Below, piece after piece: positions 53,798 to 61,824 of a stretch of DNA of 64,000 nucleotides. The stretch lies in NCBI GenBank assembly GCA_028718785.1, contig JAQULB010000001.1, positions 104,214 to 168,213 of the forward strand, written 5' to 3'. The notes under the pieces are model-generated. The model worked only from the letters and a program-made list of their open reading frames with translations. It was not told the origin of the DNA and did not search any database. Source of the DNA: Minisyncoccota bacterium. Lineage in GTDB: Bacteria > Patescibacteriota > Minisyncoccia > Minisyncoccales > CG1-02-41-26. Made by a program: the position numbers and the translations under genes. Every line of letters begins with the position of its first letter. Position 1 is the stretch's first letter.

Positions 53798-54206
53798 TGA
53801 TTTAAGTTATTATAATAAAAACAACTCATAAAAAATGAGTCGCAAATAATATTGCTCGTTTTTTTAAAAATTATTTGTAGATCAAAACTCTCTGCTTAAT
53901 TCAAGTATACACTTTTTTACCCCAAAAAACAACTTAATTGCGCTTTTTGCTTTGCTTTTCTTTTTTTACAGCAAGCATAGCTCTTTTTATTTCTAATCGT
54001 TTTTTAGTTTTATGAGAATGAGTTTTGCGCGCTTTTCCAACTCCATTTTTTCTTTTAGCCATATATTTTTTATTTAATTACTTCTTGAGTATAGCAGAAA
54101 ATTACAGCAAAAGAAAATACAGCGTATTCAACATGCTAAAATCTGACCGAAAGGCCGTTGATTAAGCAATTTAAAATCTGACTGAAATAATATAATAGCA
54201 AAAACC

Positions 54207-54319
54207 GCCCTGAGTTTATCAAGGGCGGTCCTCGACAGGTTCTAACATCGTCCAATGAGCTCCGCTCGCTGGCTGACAACCCGTCCTGAGTTTATTGAAG
54301 GATTAGAACCTGTTTTATA
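54207..54319 (+). ncRNA. Candidate structured element or sRNA built from the CCTGAG..GAAGG repeat family
   Basis: TATAAT at 54195-54200. Hairpin ACCGCCC/GGGCGGT. Long-range stem ACAGGTTCTAA/TTAGAACCTGT followed by TTTT. Confidence 0.3.
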
Positions 54320-54378
54320 AAAAATAGCCGTAATAATTTTCTACTACGGCTATATTTTCTCCTCTCTTTATATATTAG

Positions 54379-54819
54379 TTAATCGGCAAAAATTTTTCCC
54401 ATTGGTCCCCTGTCTTTGTCTTGCACAATCATGACCTGCATTAACATAGCCAAACGTCTGCACTGATCATAAAAAACAGGGTCCCATTCTTTCTCTACCT
54501 CGAGGTCTGTCTGTCCCTCAAATCCTTTTGAAATAGAAATGACGGCTTTTTCGTCGTCTACCCTCACTTGGAATCCTCCGCTTGCTGCGATCCTATCCTC
54601 GAACCATGTGATAGAGGCTTTGATGTTTTCAGGTTGAATTTCGATATCCTCATCCAACACATCGTTCCAATTAGCCAAATCTTTTAAAACTAATAACACA
54701 TCGGATTTCATCTGTTTAATATTTGGAGGAACCTCACAACCAAATTCGAAATGTATGCTATCGCTAATCTCAACAGGTCTAATTTCGCCAGTTTCCTTAT
54801 TCTTGACTTTGAATCTCAT
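54379..54819 (-). CDS. Hypothetical acidic protein (147 aa)
   Basis: SD AGGAGGTAATTAAA-ATG. Follows the PQ-loop-like gene by 5 nt. Higher GC than the flanks. Confidence 0.5.
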   Translation of the reverse strand: MRFKVKNKETGEIRPVEISDSIHFEFGCEVPPNIKQMKSDVLLVLKDLANWNDVLDEDIEIQPENIKASITWFEDRIAASGGFQVRVDDEKAVISISKGFEGQTDLEVEKEWDPVFYDQCRRLAMLMQVMIVQDKDRGPMGKIFAD

Positions 54820-54824
54820 TTTAA

Positions 54825-55448
54825 TTACCTCCTGTATTTTATCCAAACAACTAAACTTATAAATAATGATACACAAGCTGATAAAGAAACTGCTTGCAAT
54901 ACCCAGCCACCCTTTTCTGAAGCAAATGCGTAAAATATCCAGAAGGCATTGCCGAAGATGTAAAGAATAATAATCTCTACCCTGACCAAGCCAATGCTTT
55001 TGTTCCTATATATCTCGTATGGTTGCCTCAGGGTTACCAAAGCCATACCAACAGAAACTATGAGGAATATAATCCCCTTCTTGGGGTAGAAGTAGGCAAA
55101 AATGGTAAACAAGAAAAGCAAAATGAACACAATTTTTTCCGTTTTACTAAACCCCTTCCTTTTCCATAATCCCAATATAAGAGGAATATGCGCTAATGTC
55201 CTAACTATCCCATTAACCTTAATAGGAGTGCTACCAATATTATAGGCGTATATTATGGTAATAACGGATAAAAAGAACATATAAGAAAACCATATTACGG
55301 AAACTGATTTTCCTTTTTCTTCTTTTTTAAGCCATACTAGAACTGTTTGCAAAACTAACGGACCAGCCCCGATAAAAGCAAAAATAACAATACCCCAAGA
55401 GGCTATTTCCTCAGAATTTATTTGAAACCACTCAAGCATCCTCCTCAC
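54825..55448 (-). CDS. 7-TM PQ-loop/SWEET-like membrane protein
   Basis: 3+1+3 TM layout with two PQ-like segments (GPLVLQTVLVWLKKEEKGKS and LRQPYEIYRNKSIG). Confidence 0.5.
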   Translation of the reverse strand: MRRMLEWFQINSEEIASWGIVIFAFIGAGPLVLQTVLVWLKKEEKGKSVSVIWFSYMFFLSVITIIYAYNIGSTPIKVNGIVRTLAHIPLILGLWKRKGFSKTEKIVFILLFLFTIFAYFYPKKGIIFLIVSVGMALVTLRQPYEIYRNKSIGLVRVEIIILYIFGNAFWIFYAFASEKGGWVLQAVSLSACVSLFISLVVWIKYRR

Positions 55449-55587
55449 CTCTCTTTCTATTTGTTGCTTATTCTACTATTAATGACCAAAATTTCAGCTT
55501 ACCTTCCACACTACTCCGCATTTTTAAAAAATCAAATAAAAAGTTCAAATTCTATTCGGGGTATAGCCCCTTCGGCCATGTTCAGAG

Positions 55588-55768
55588 CAAACAAAAAGCC
55601 CCTATAAAAAAAGGCCTTTTAAGGGTGCCTGCGCTGAGGGCTTCGACTGAGCTCAGCCGAAAGTCCTTGTCGAAGTGCTCCGCCTGTTGGACGAAGTTCG
55701 AACATTTTATCTCCCCCACACCACGAGTTGCGCTGGTGAAACACACAACTGGTTTTTCCAAAATTTTA
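55588..55768. repeat. Island repeat block X1
   Basis: 55588-55680 matches 58291-58385. 55677-55768 matches 59494-59584. Confidence 0.8.
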
Positions 55769-55888
55769 ATAATTTATAAAAAATTCCCCTTACCTTAAAA
55801 AGGAGGGGGAATTTACTTTTTGGAACAAAAAGTTTTAAATATTTTGAAGGCACGATCCTCTCACAATCGTACCTTCAACTTTTTAATA

Positions 55889-56479
55889 TTATTTTGTTAC
55901 TATGTTTTTACCCCATTTTGACTCATCGCCAATTACGATATCTTTCAAATAAGGACTTAGCGGATATGGGGATACTACTATTTCTGGCTCAATATATATA
56001 GGTCGAGGTTTGCCAGTTTCTGGATCAATAGATATTACCCATGTTGCTGTTGATGACACTGGCATAAAAAGACCATTTGGGTCAGCCTGGGGTAGGGTCA
56101 TTGGATAATTAACACGCCCCGGGAGATCATAGCCAAGTTGCTGATCTCCCTGAACTACTTTCTCTGGATTGGTAAATTGAGCTGAAAAGGGAATACCGTA
56201 CCCTATGCTTTTACACATAAAAATTAATTTTCCCATATAATCAGCCTTAATGTATGTGTAAGTAATAAGGTCCTCTCTATCAGCTAATTCATAAATCCAT
56301 TTCATCATTTTACGCTGTTGAAAATTAACAATAGTGGGCATCCCTATTTGTCTTTGAGCTTCCGAAAGAGACTCTTCTGTTTGTTTTGCTTGCTGGCTGT
56401 CAGAGTTGCTCGCCTCGCCACAGGCGAAAAAATTAGTTACCACCACAAAACTCAAAATAACAATCAAAATTTTCCTCAT
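55889..56479 (-). CDS. Putative lipoprotein (196 aa)
   Basis: Lipobox FFAC. Confidence 0.6.
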   Translation of the reverse strand: MRKILIVILSFVVVTNFFACGEASNSDSQQAKQTEESLSEAQRQIGMPTIVNFQQRKMMKWIYELADREDLITYTYIKADYMGKLIFMCKSIGYGIPFSAQFTNPEKVVQGDQQLGYDLPGRVNYPMTLPQADPNGLFMPVSSTATWVISIDPETGKPRPIYIEPEIVVSPYPLSPYLKDIVIGDESKWGKNIVTK

Positions 56480-56507
56480 GATTCTTCTCCCTTCTCAATG
56501 ATTGTTT

Positions 56508-56846
56508 TTAATATCCCCTCATAGATATCAAAAATTTCCTTAAATTAACATCAACAACTTTGTTAGAGTCGAACTGAGCAAACTGTTGGATAATTAATTG
56601 CTTAATTGCCTCTTTCGCGGCTATGTCGTCTGTTTTCTGATACTCGTTATGGTACTTCGACAAATCTTGAATTTTCCCCTGTACATAACTTTGTGATTCT
56701 TCGAATACCTGACGGTCAACTGCCGCATGTCTTGGGGCAAAAATCATTTTATACGCAAGACCTGCCCCACCTAATATAAACACTATCACAACAACAAGAA
56801 CAACCCAACTTACGGCTATTCCAAAAACTCTCACTTCATCTTTCAT
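56508..56846 (-). CDS. Single-pass membrane protein (113 aa)
   Basis: SD AAAGGAGAAACAGC-ATG. N-terminal TM then a helical domain. Confidence 0.5.
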   Translation of the reverse strand: MKDEVRVFGIAVSWVVLVVVIVFILGGAGLAYKMIFAPRHAAVDRQVFEESQSYVQGKIQDLSKYHNEYQKTDDIAAKEAIKQLIIQQFAQFDSNKVVDVNLRKFLISMRGY

Positions 56847-56972
56847 GCTGTTTCTCCTTTCAAATATAACCCCCCAAGAGGGGTGTTTGTTAATAATACA
56901 AAACTTTGAATTACCCCCCATACTATACTTATTCCCCTAAAAATCAAGTATTTTACCTTTTAAAACCAAAAA

Positions 56973-57001
56973 GCCGTGGGGTTTTTGGCCCCACGGCTTT
57001 T
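56973..57001. terminator. Terminator hairpin (recurs at 60693-60717)
   Basis: GCCGTGGGG-N7-CCCCACGGC flanked by A/T runs. Confidence 0.65.
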
Positions 57002-57023
57002 GTTTTATTTGCTAATTATTTGT

Positions 57024-57161
57024 CTATTCCGTAATCTTTTCCGGGTATAGAGCGATTAGGTTCTCTCCCTGCTTTCTGGCTTCTTCGTCAGAGATTTCCT
57101 CTCTGAATTTCTCTTTATAAATTTGTTTGTATTTCTCAATTGCTTCTTTGCTTAATGCCAT
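57024..57161 (-). CDS. Small charged helical protein (45 aa) downstream of the Fic gene
   Basis: MALSKEAIEKYKQIYKEKFREEISDEEARKQGENLIALYPEKITE. A truncated duplicate of its 5-prime end is at 60717-60752. Confidence 0.45.
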   Translation of the reverse strand: MALSKEAIEKYKQIYKEKFREEISDEEARKQGENLIALYPEKITE

Positions 57162-57175
57162 TATTCTATCTTACT

Positions 57176-58234
57176 CTATTTCTTTGTCGCGTAATTTTCG
57201 GCTGCAAAATTATATTGATCAATGAATATTTTTTTCATTGGAATAATTGAGTTTATCTCGTAAAATACTAACATAGCAGATCGATACTCTTCTTCGTCAA
57301 TACTACGATACGAAAGCGGGGCAAGGGAGTGGGAAATTAAAAGCCCATTGGTCATAAGTCGAGCCGTTCTTTTGTTACCATCTTCAAATGGCTGGATATA
57401 ACTTATACCCAGAAGAGCCAGCAACGCTTTAGCATAAGCTGTTTTATTCTGTGAGATAACTTTTGAAAGATCCTCCACCGCCTCGGTAATCTGATAGACA
57501 TTATCAAGCGGGCGATAAATTGACCCAATGACACCAACGGGTTTTGTTCTAATCCCCAGATTAACATTTAAATCTTTAACGATTACGGAGTGCAATTCTT
57601 CTAAATTTTTTCTTGTTATTGTTTTAAATTGAGATGAGTATTCGCGAATATAATTAAAAGCGTCTTTATGATTTAAAATCATTTGTGTCTCGGTTTTGCT
57701 GTGTCCTAACGCTTCCTTATTTTCTAAAATTAATTTTTCTGTATCCAAGAGCGTGTAAGTGTTGCCTTCAATTTTTGACGATTTCCAAGAGAGTTCAATA
57801 ACTAATCGTTCCAGCTCCTTTTTTTGGATAGTTGTCGACAAATTAGCAGTTCTCTTATTGTATTCATTTGTCGAGGTCTCTAATCTATTCAATTCTTCAT
57901 CTGTAAAAATATCGTCTGGAAATGATTTTAATAAATCAAAATTATAACGGCGTAGGCCGTAGCGATTATCGGGTTCAATTGCTGTGTATTGTTTAGAATC
58001 AATATCTGCGAAAACACGGCCCCTTGAGCTTATATCATAAATTGTTGACCGCCCCGAACCCGACACTTCTAAAATTCCCTCCTTAGCCATTTCTGACAAT
58101 GCTCTTTTAGTAGTAACCAAAGAAGTATCTTCGCCATTTTTGATTATTTCACTGTGCGCTTGCGATGATTGCATTTTCCCCTTTATAAGAAAAATTTGAA
58201 CAATGTTTTGTTGTTTTTGGGTTAATTTATTCAT
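57176..58234 (-). CDS. Fic/Doc-family protein with N-terminal wHTH and a non-canonical active-site motif
   Basis: Fic_N-type inhibitory motif SSKIEGN. Core motif reads QPFEDGNKRTAR instead of HPFxxGNGRxxR. Confidence 0.8.
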   Translation of the reverse strand: MNKLTQKQQNIVQIFLIKGKMQSSQAHSEIIKNGEDTSLVTTKRALSEMAKEGILEVSGSGRSTIYDISSRGRVFADIDSKQYTAIEPDNRYGLRRYNFDLLKSFPDDIFTDEELNRLETSTNEYNKRTANLSTTIQKKELERLVIELSWKSSKIEGNTYTLLDTEKLILENKEALGHSKTETQMILNHKDAFNYIREYSSQFKTITRKNLEELHSVIVKDLNVNLGIRTKPVGVIGSIYRPLDNVYQITEAVEDLSKVISQNKTAYAKALLALLGISYIQPFEDGNKRTARLMTNGLLISHSLAPLSYRSIDEEEYRSAMLVFYEINSIIPMKKIFIDQYNFAAENYATKK

Positions 58235-58290
58235 TTCCGTATCATTTAATTAAAATAATTGTATCATATTGATACGATTCCGCAAACCGC

Positions 58291-58385
58291 CAAACAAAAA
58301 GCCCTTATAAATAAAGGCCTTTTATCGGTGCTCGCACTGAGGGCTTCGACTGAGCTCAGCCGAAAGTCCTTGCCGAAGTGCTCCC
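58291..58385. repeat. Island repeat block X2
   Basis: About 90 percent identical to 55588-55680. Confidence 0.8.
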
Positions 58386-58728
58386 CTCACCGCAGTAACT
58401 AGTTTGCAATCTCTAAGCATAGAAAATGTACCTGAATTAAAATGTAAAAAATGCAACAGAGTGCTTGGCACGCCTTATATTTTTGAAAAAGAAAAGCGAA
58501 AAGCTTTTCGCTTGTACCAAGACGCAGTTATTAAACGAGTAAGAAAACTGAGTGAGTAATAAACTATCTCCCAGTGTCAGACATATGCCTGACACCACTT
58601 ATTCACATTGACAAACCAGCTCAATTTGCTACTATAACAGTGTGCTTGTGGGGCGTCAGCCCTATTCGGCTAATTCCTAAGCTGAAGGCAGGCATAACAA
58701 AGCCACCGCAATAAGCGGTGTTTTTGTT

Positions 58729-59202
58729 TTAATCCAACGATAAATCGCCCTTGGCAGTTGATATCATTTTTATGCCGTTGTAATAGCGAATAGTCCATGC
58801 TGGAATAACGCTATAAAAATGTTTTTGTCCATTCCCCACTTGCCTAACAATTACCTTAACACGACAATTTTTAATAATAGCCACTAATCCCCAATATTTG
58901 ACTTTAACTGACTCATTTACTCTCTTTTTAAATTTTTTCTTTTGAATATTAACAAGCCCCTCGTCATATTCTTGATAAGTAGTTGTAACCCCAACAATTT
59001 CCTTAGCAATAGTCAAAAGCTTAAGTTTAGTTATTTGATCGTCTTTAGACCGCTCTCCTCCCCTCTTATAAATTAAGTGATTAAAACCATCTGAATTAAA
59101 AACAACTGGTTCGTTAAACACGGGGCAAAACAAACGGCCTATTTCTTTATAAAATTTCTCCGCTGTTTCTTTAATTTGTTGGTAATTTGGAATGTCCTCC
59201 AT
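58729..59202 (-). CDS. Hypothetical protein (157 aa)
   Basis: Single ORF. The sequence pattern (FN..GFNHL...R....K, C-terminal KVIVRQ..NG..FYSVIP) loosely recalls Barnase/EndoU/RelE-like nuclease families. Not verified. Confidence 0.5.
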   Translation of the reverse strand: MEDIPNYQQIKETAEKFYKEIGRLFCPVFNEPVVFNSDGFNHLIYKRGGERSKDDQITKLKLLTIAKEIVGVTTTYQEYDEGLVNIQKKKFKKRVNESVKVKYWGLVAIIKNCRVKVIVRQVGNGQKHFYSVIPAWTIRYYNGIKMISTAKGDLSLD

Positions 59203-59289
59203 AAATTATTTTTTAGTATATTTCATTATACTACAACAATAGCTAATTAAAATAAAACCCCCTTTTAGGGGATTTTATTTTAAAACAAA

Positions 59290-59720
59290 ATTTTATTCCT
59301 GCGCTCCGCGGGTAGGCTCCCGATTTCTTATACGGTACTCCGTATGTTGAAATCGCAGTCCCTTGGGAAATTCGAAGAGTTTGCCCGAAGATATTGCTCC
59401 CTCGCCTGCTGGCTCGGGACAATTCGGGAATAGGTTCTCATAACACGCCTCACAGAGCAACCAAAAACCTCCTTTGATAGGAGGATTTTGTTTGCTCCGC
59501 CTGCTGGACGAAGTTCGAACCTTGTATCTCCCCTGCGCCACGAGTTGTGCTGGTGAAACATCTAACTGGTTTTTCCCAAATTTTGAGGAATAAAAAAACC
59601 ACTCTTTCGAGTAATCTTCCTCCCACATCTAAACCCACAAATAATTTATGAACTTAGATATAGGTAAGTGGCTAATTTTTCATTTTCTGAAAAAATTAAC
59701 CACTTACAAAATTTTTAATT
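59290..59720. repeat. Cluster of nested GC-rich repeat elements (block X3 + twin-hairpin module copy c)
   Basis: 59494-59584 matches 55677-55768. 59623-59708 is the twin-hairpin module. GAGCCAGCAGGCGA is shared with 16318-16331. Confidence 0.7.
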
Positions 59721-59766
59721 GACGGCAGGTGTTGTTTTGCTTCTACGACCGCCAACTACTACGAAC

Positions 59767-60426
59767 TTAAGACAAAGATGCTTTTGCTTTGTCTACAAGC
59801 TCGTCGATTTTTCGGTATCGAGCCACCGGAGCGTCAATACTCATAGAAAATTTCCTTACTGCTTGAGGAAATAGTTCTATAATATACCCTAGATCCTCTA
59901 TCCCCAGTTCATCTATTTTGCAGATGGACTGGAAACGATAAATCTGATCGCTCCCCGGCTTCAGAGTAAACTTAGACCCTAAGCCCTTGAAAGAGCTCTT
60001 GCCACTAATCTCTGCATCCTCCAAGTGTCTAAAGGATGTAGTTAGTTGGCTCCATTCCTGCAAGAGGATACTAAGCCCTTCTTTAGCGGCTTTTTTGGCT
60101 TCTTCTGTCAGTAGAGCTGCTTGGGTGATTTTTGCTTTCAATCCAAAGCCAATTCTACCTTTTTTGCCGAGAGCCTTCAGTATCTTGATCACCAATTGTG
60201 GAGTGATTTCTCCATCCTCATTAATAATTTTCCTGAAGCTATTCTCGGCCTCGGTTAAAGCCGTAGCGCCATAGGCCTTTGTTGACCAATGTATCACAGC
60301 CCGAAGGTTGCCTTTTTCATCCACTAGCTCCGTAGAATAGGGACCAGCAACATCATCGGTTTCGCGATAATTAACCATCAATAACCCTGCCCATCTCGCC
60401 CCGATACCAACCTTTACTCTTTCCAT
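59767..60426 (-). CDS. Hypothetical protein (219 aa)
   Basis: SD AAGGGGAGAAAAA-ATG. Higher GC than the genome background. No motif recognised. Confidence 0.5.
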   Translation of the reverse strand: MERVKVGIGARWAGLLMVNYRETDDVAGPYSTELVDEKGNLRAVIHWSTKAYGATALTEAENSFRKIINEDGEITPQLVIKILKALGKKGRIGFGLKAKITQAALLTEEAKKAAKEGLSILLQEWSQLTTSFRHLEDAEISGKSSFKGLGSKFTLKPGSDQIYRFQSICKIDELGIEDLGYIIELFPQAVRKFSMSIDAPVARYRKIDELVDKAKASLS

Positions 60427-60683
60427 TTTTTCTCCCCTTGAACACATATGCGCTCAAATAAAGTTCAAGATTGGTAACCAATCTTGGTTGTCGATCAGGA
60501 CAACCCCTCTCTAGGGATTAAAATTAACATGGACTTCTCTATCTTACTCAAACGAATCGAAAACCCCTCTATAAGGATTAATTAAATGAAGTCCATAACT
60601 TTTTTGGAGAAAAAAATCATTCAAAGAACAATGGCAATATAATAACACTATTATTACGATATGTCAATATATTTTGCCCCAAA

Positions 60684-60752
60684 AACCAAAAAGCCGTGGG
60701 GTTTTAGCGCCACGGCTTAAAATTCGTCAATTGATTCTTTGCTTAACGCCAT
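60684..60752 (-). pseudogene. Remnant of the terminator + 45-aa gene module
   Basis: 60684-60718 matches 56964-56999. The remnant ORF MALSKESIDEF-stop matches the start of the 57161 gene. Confidence 0.6.
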
Positions 60753-60864
60753 TATTATATTCTACCCCATTTCTTTCCCCTTTCCCAACCCTAGGCCTAC
60801 CCTTAGTGCTTCGACTTTGCTCAGCATAAACTCCTCGAAGGGTTCGAACATTGTCCAGATCTTT

Positions 60865-61644
60865 TTATGGTTTCATCTTTAATTCTATCTTGAGTAGTTT
60901 TTCGATCATATTTTCTATTTCCTCAATTTCTTGGTTATACTTTTTTTCTGCATTAAAAAACTTTAAGTATTCTTCAATATTAATTTTTCTAAATTTATAT
61001 AGTTTAATCCAAGAATTTTTTCCACGACCAAGAAGCAATTTCTTTAACTCAAACAAAGAACTTCTAAGCATAGTGCCTGCCAAACGATAATTTTTTAAAT
61101 TTTCATAGTTATAGGCAGCTGTTAAAAACCAATAAAAACTTACATCTGGAAAATTTGCTTGCCTACAGATAATTGCTAGAGATCTTGCTGTCTCTGATCT
61201 TAATTCAAACTCAAGACTCTTAAATTTTTTATCTATTTCTCTAATTCTTTCTTCTTGTTGCTCCAAGAACCACCTCCCCAAGTCGTCAGTTTTCTCATCT
61301 ATCTTATTTTGAAAATCGGTGGTTAGCTCTTGCCTCAAAAATTCTATTTTATTACTTTGGTTCTTTAATATCTCCTCTTGTTTACTAATTTTTTTAAGAT
61401 AGGGACCTAAATTAAACACATAAAAAAGACCACCAGTTGCAAGAATGATTGTGACCGCTAAACCTAAATAAATCGCCTGAGTATTAATTAAATTTTGTTG
61501 TATCTCTAAAATATCTTTTCTTTCTATAAAATCTCCTGTGCTCGTTGAGGCACTAACAAACAAAAAACTGCCAATCCAAAAAAATAACACTGCAGTCTCA
61601 AGTGCTAAAAGTTGAACAGTCTTGCGTTTAATCCCATCTTTCAT
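60865..61644 (-). CDS. Two-TM membrane protein with cytoplasmic coiled-coil/helical domain (259 aa)
   Basis: TM helices near residues 15-35 and 60-80, then heptad-rich sequence. Downstream of the large ATPase. Confidence 0.5.
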   Translation of the reverse strand: MKDGIKRKTVQLLALETAVLFFWIGSFLFVSASTSTGDFIERKDILEIQQNLINTQAIYLGLAVTIILATGGLFYVFNLGPYLKKISKQEEILKNQSNKIEFLRQELTTDFQNKIDEKTDDLGRWFLEQQEERIREIDKKFKSLEFELRSETARSLAIICRQANFPDVSFYWFLTAAYNYENLKNYRLAGTMLRSSLFELKKLLLGRGKNSWIKLYKFRKINIEEYLKFFNAEKKYNQEIEEIENMIEKLLKIELKMKP

Positions 61645-61665
61645 AAAATAATTTTTGTTGATTTT

Positions 61666-61703
61666 TCAAGGCGTGGAAAATTGCTTAAACAAGCAATTTT
61701 CCA
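61666..61703. other. Perfect 17-bp hairpin between the ATPase and the membrane-protein gene
   Basis: GGCGTGGAAAATTGCTT-AAAC-AAGCAATTTTCCACGCC. Confidence 0.7.
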
Positions 61704-61824
61704 CGCCAAAAAAAGGTTGGCTCCGAGCTGTGAGAGAACTTAGAACTATTATTTTAAGCGGTTGGAAGTCCTACGAACTGGACGCAGCCGTAGATATGCT
61801 GGAAGGAAAATTCCCAGTAAATAT

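Noticed and set aside
53934-54061. Small very basic ORF (MAKRKNGVGKARKTHSHKTK...) resembling a ribosomal-protein-like peptide
   Set aside because: As read, it stops after 22 codons. A 42-aa basic product (…KRLEIKRAMLAVKKEKQSKKRN) needs a +1 shift in an A-run. I cannot tell a sequencing error from a pseudogene, and the similarity to bL32-type proteins is too weak to call.
59293-59638. Three overlapping minus-strand ORFs (111, 77 and 62 aa)
   Set aside because: The region is made of repeat modules that recur in clearly non-coding contexts (55677-55768 and the 16318-16331 motif). The overlapping frames are a GC artefact. An SD-TTG start for the C-terminal 55 codons is possible but unsupported.
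60502-60590. Possible mini-CRISPR (two approximately 24-nt repeats with 60-nt periodicity)
   Set aside because: There are only two copies, with several mismatches. No cas genes are present, and there is no further periodicity. They are better explained as regulatory direct repeats.
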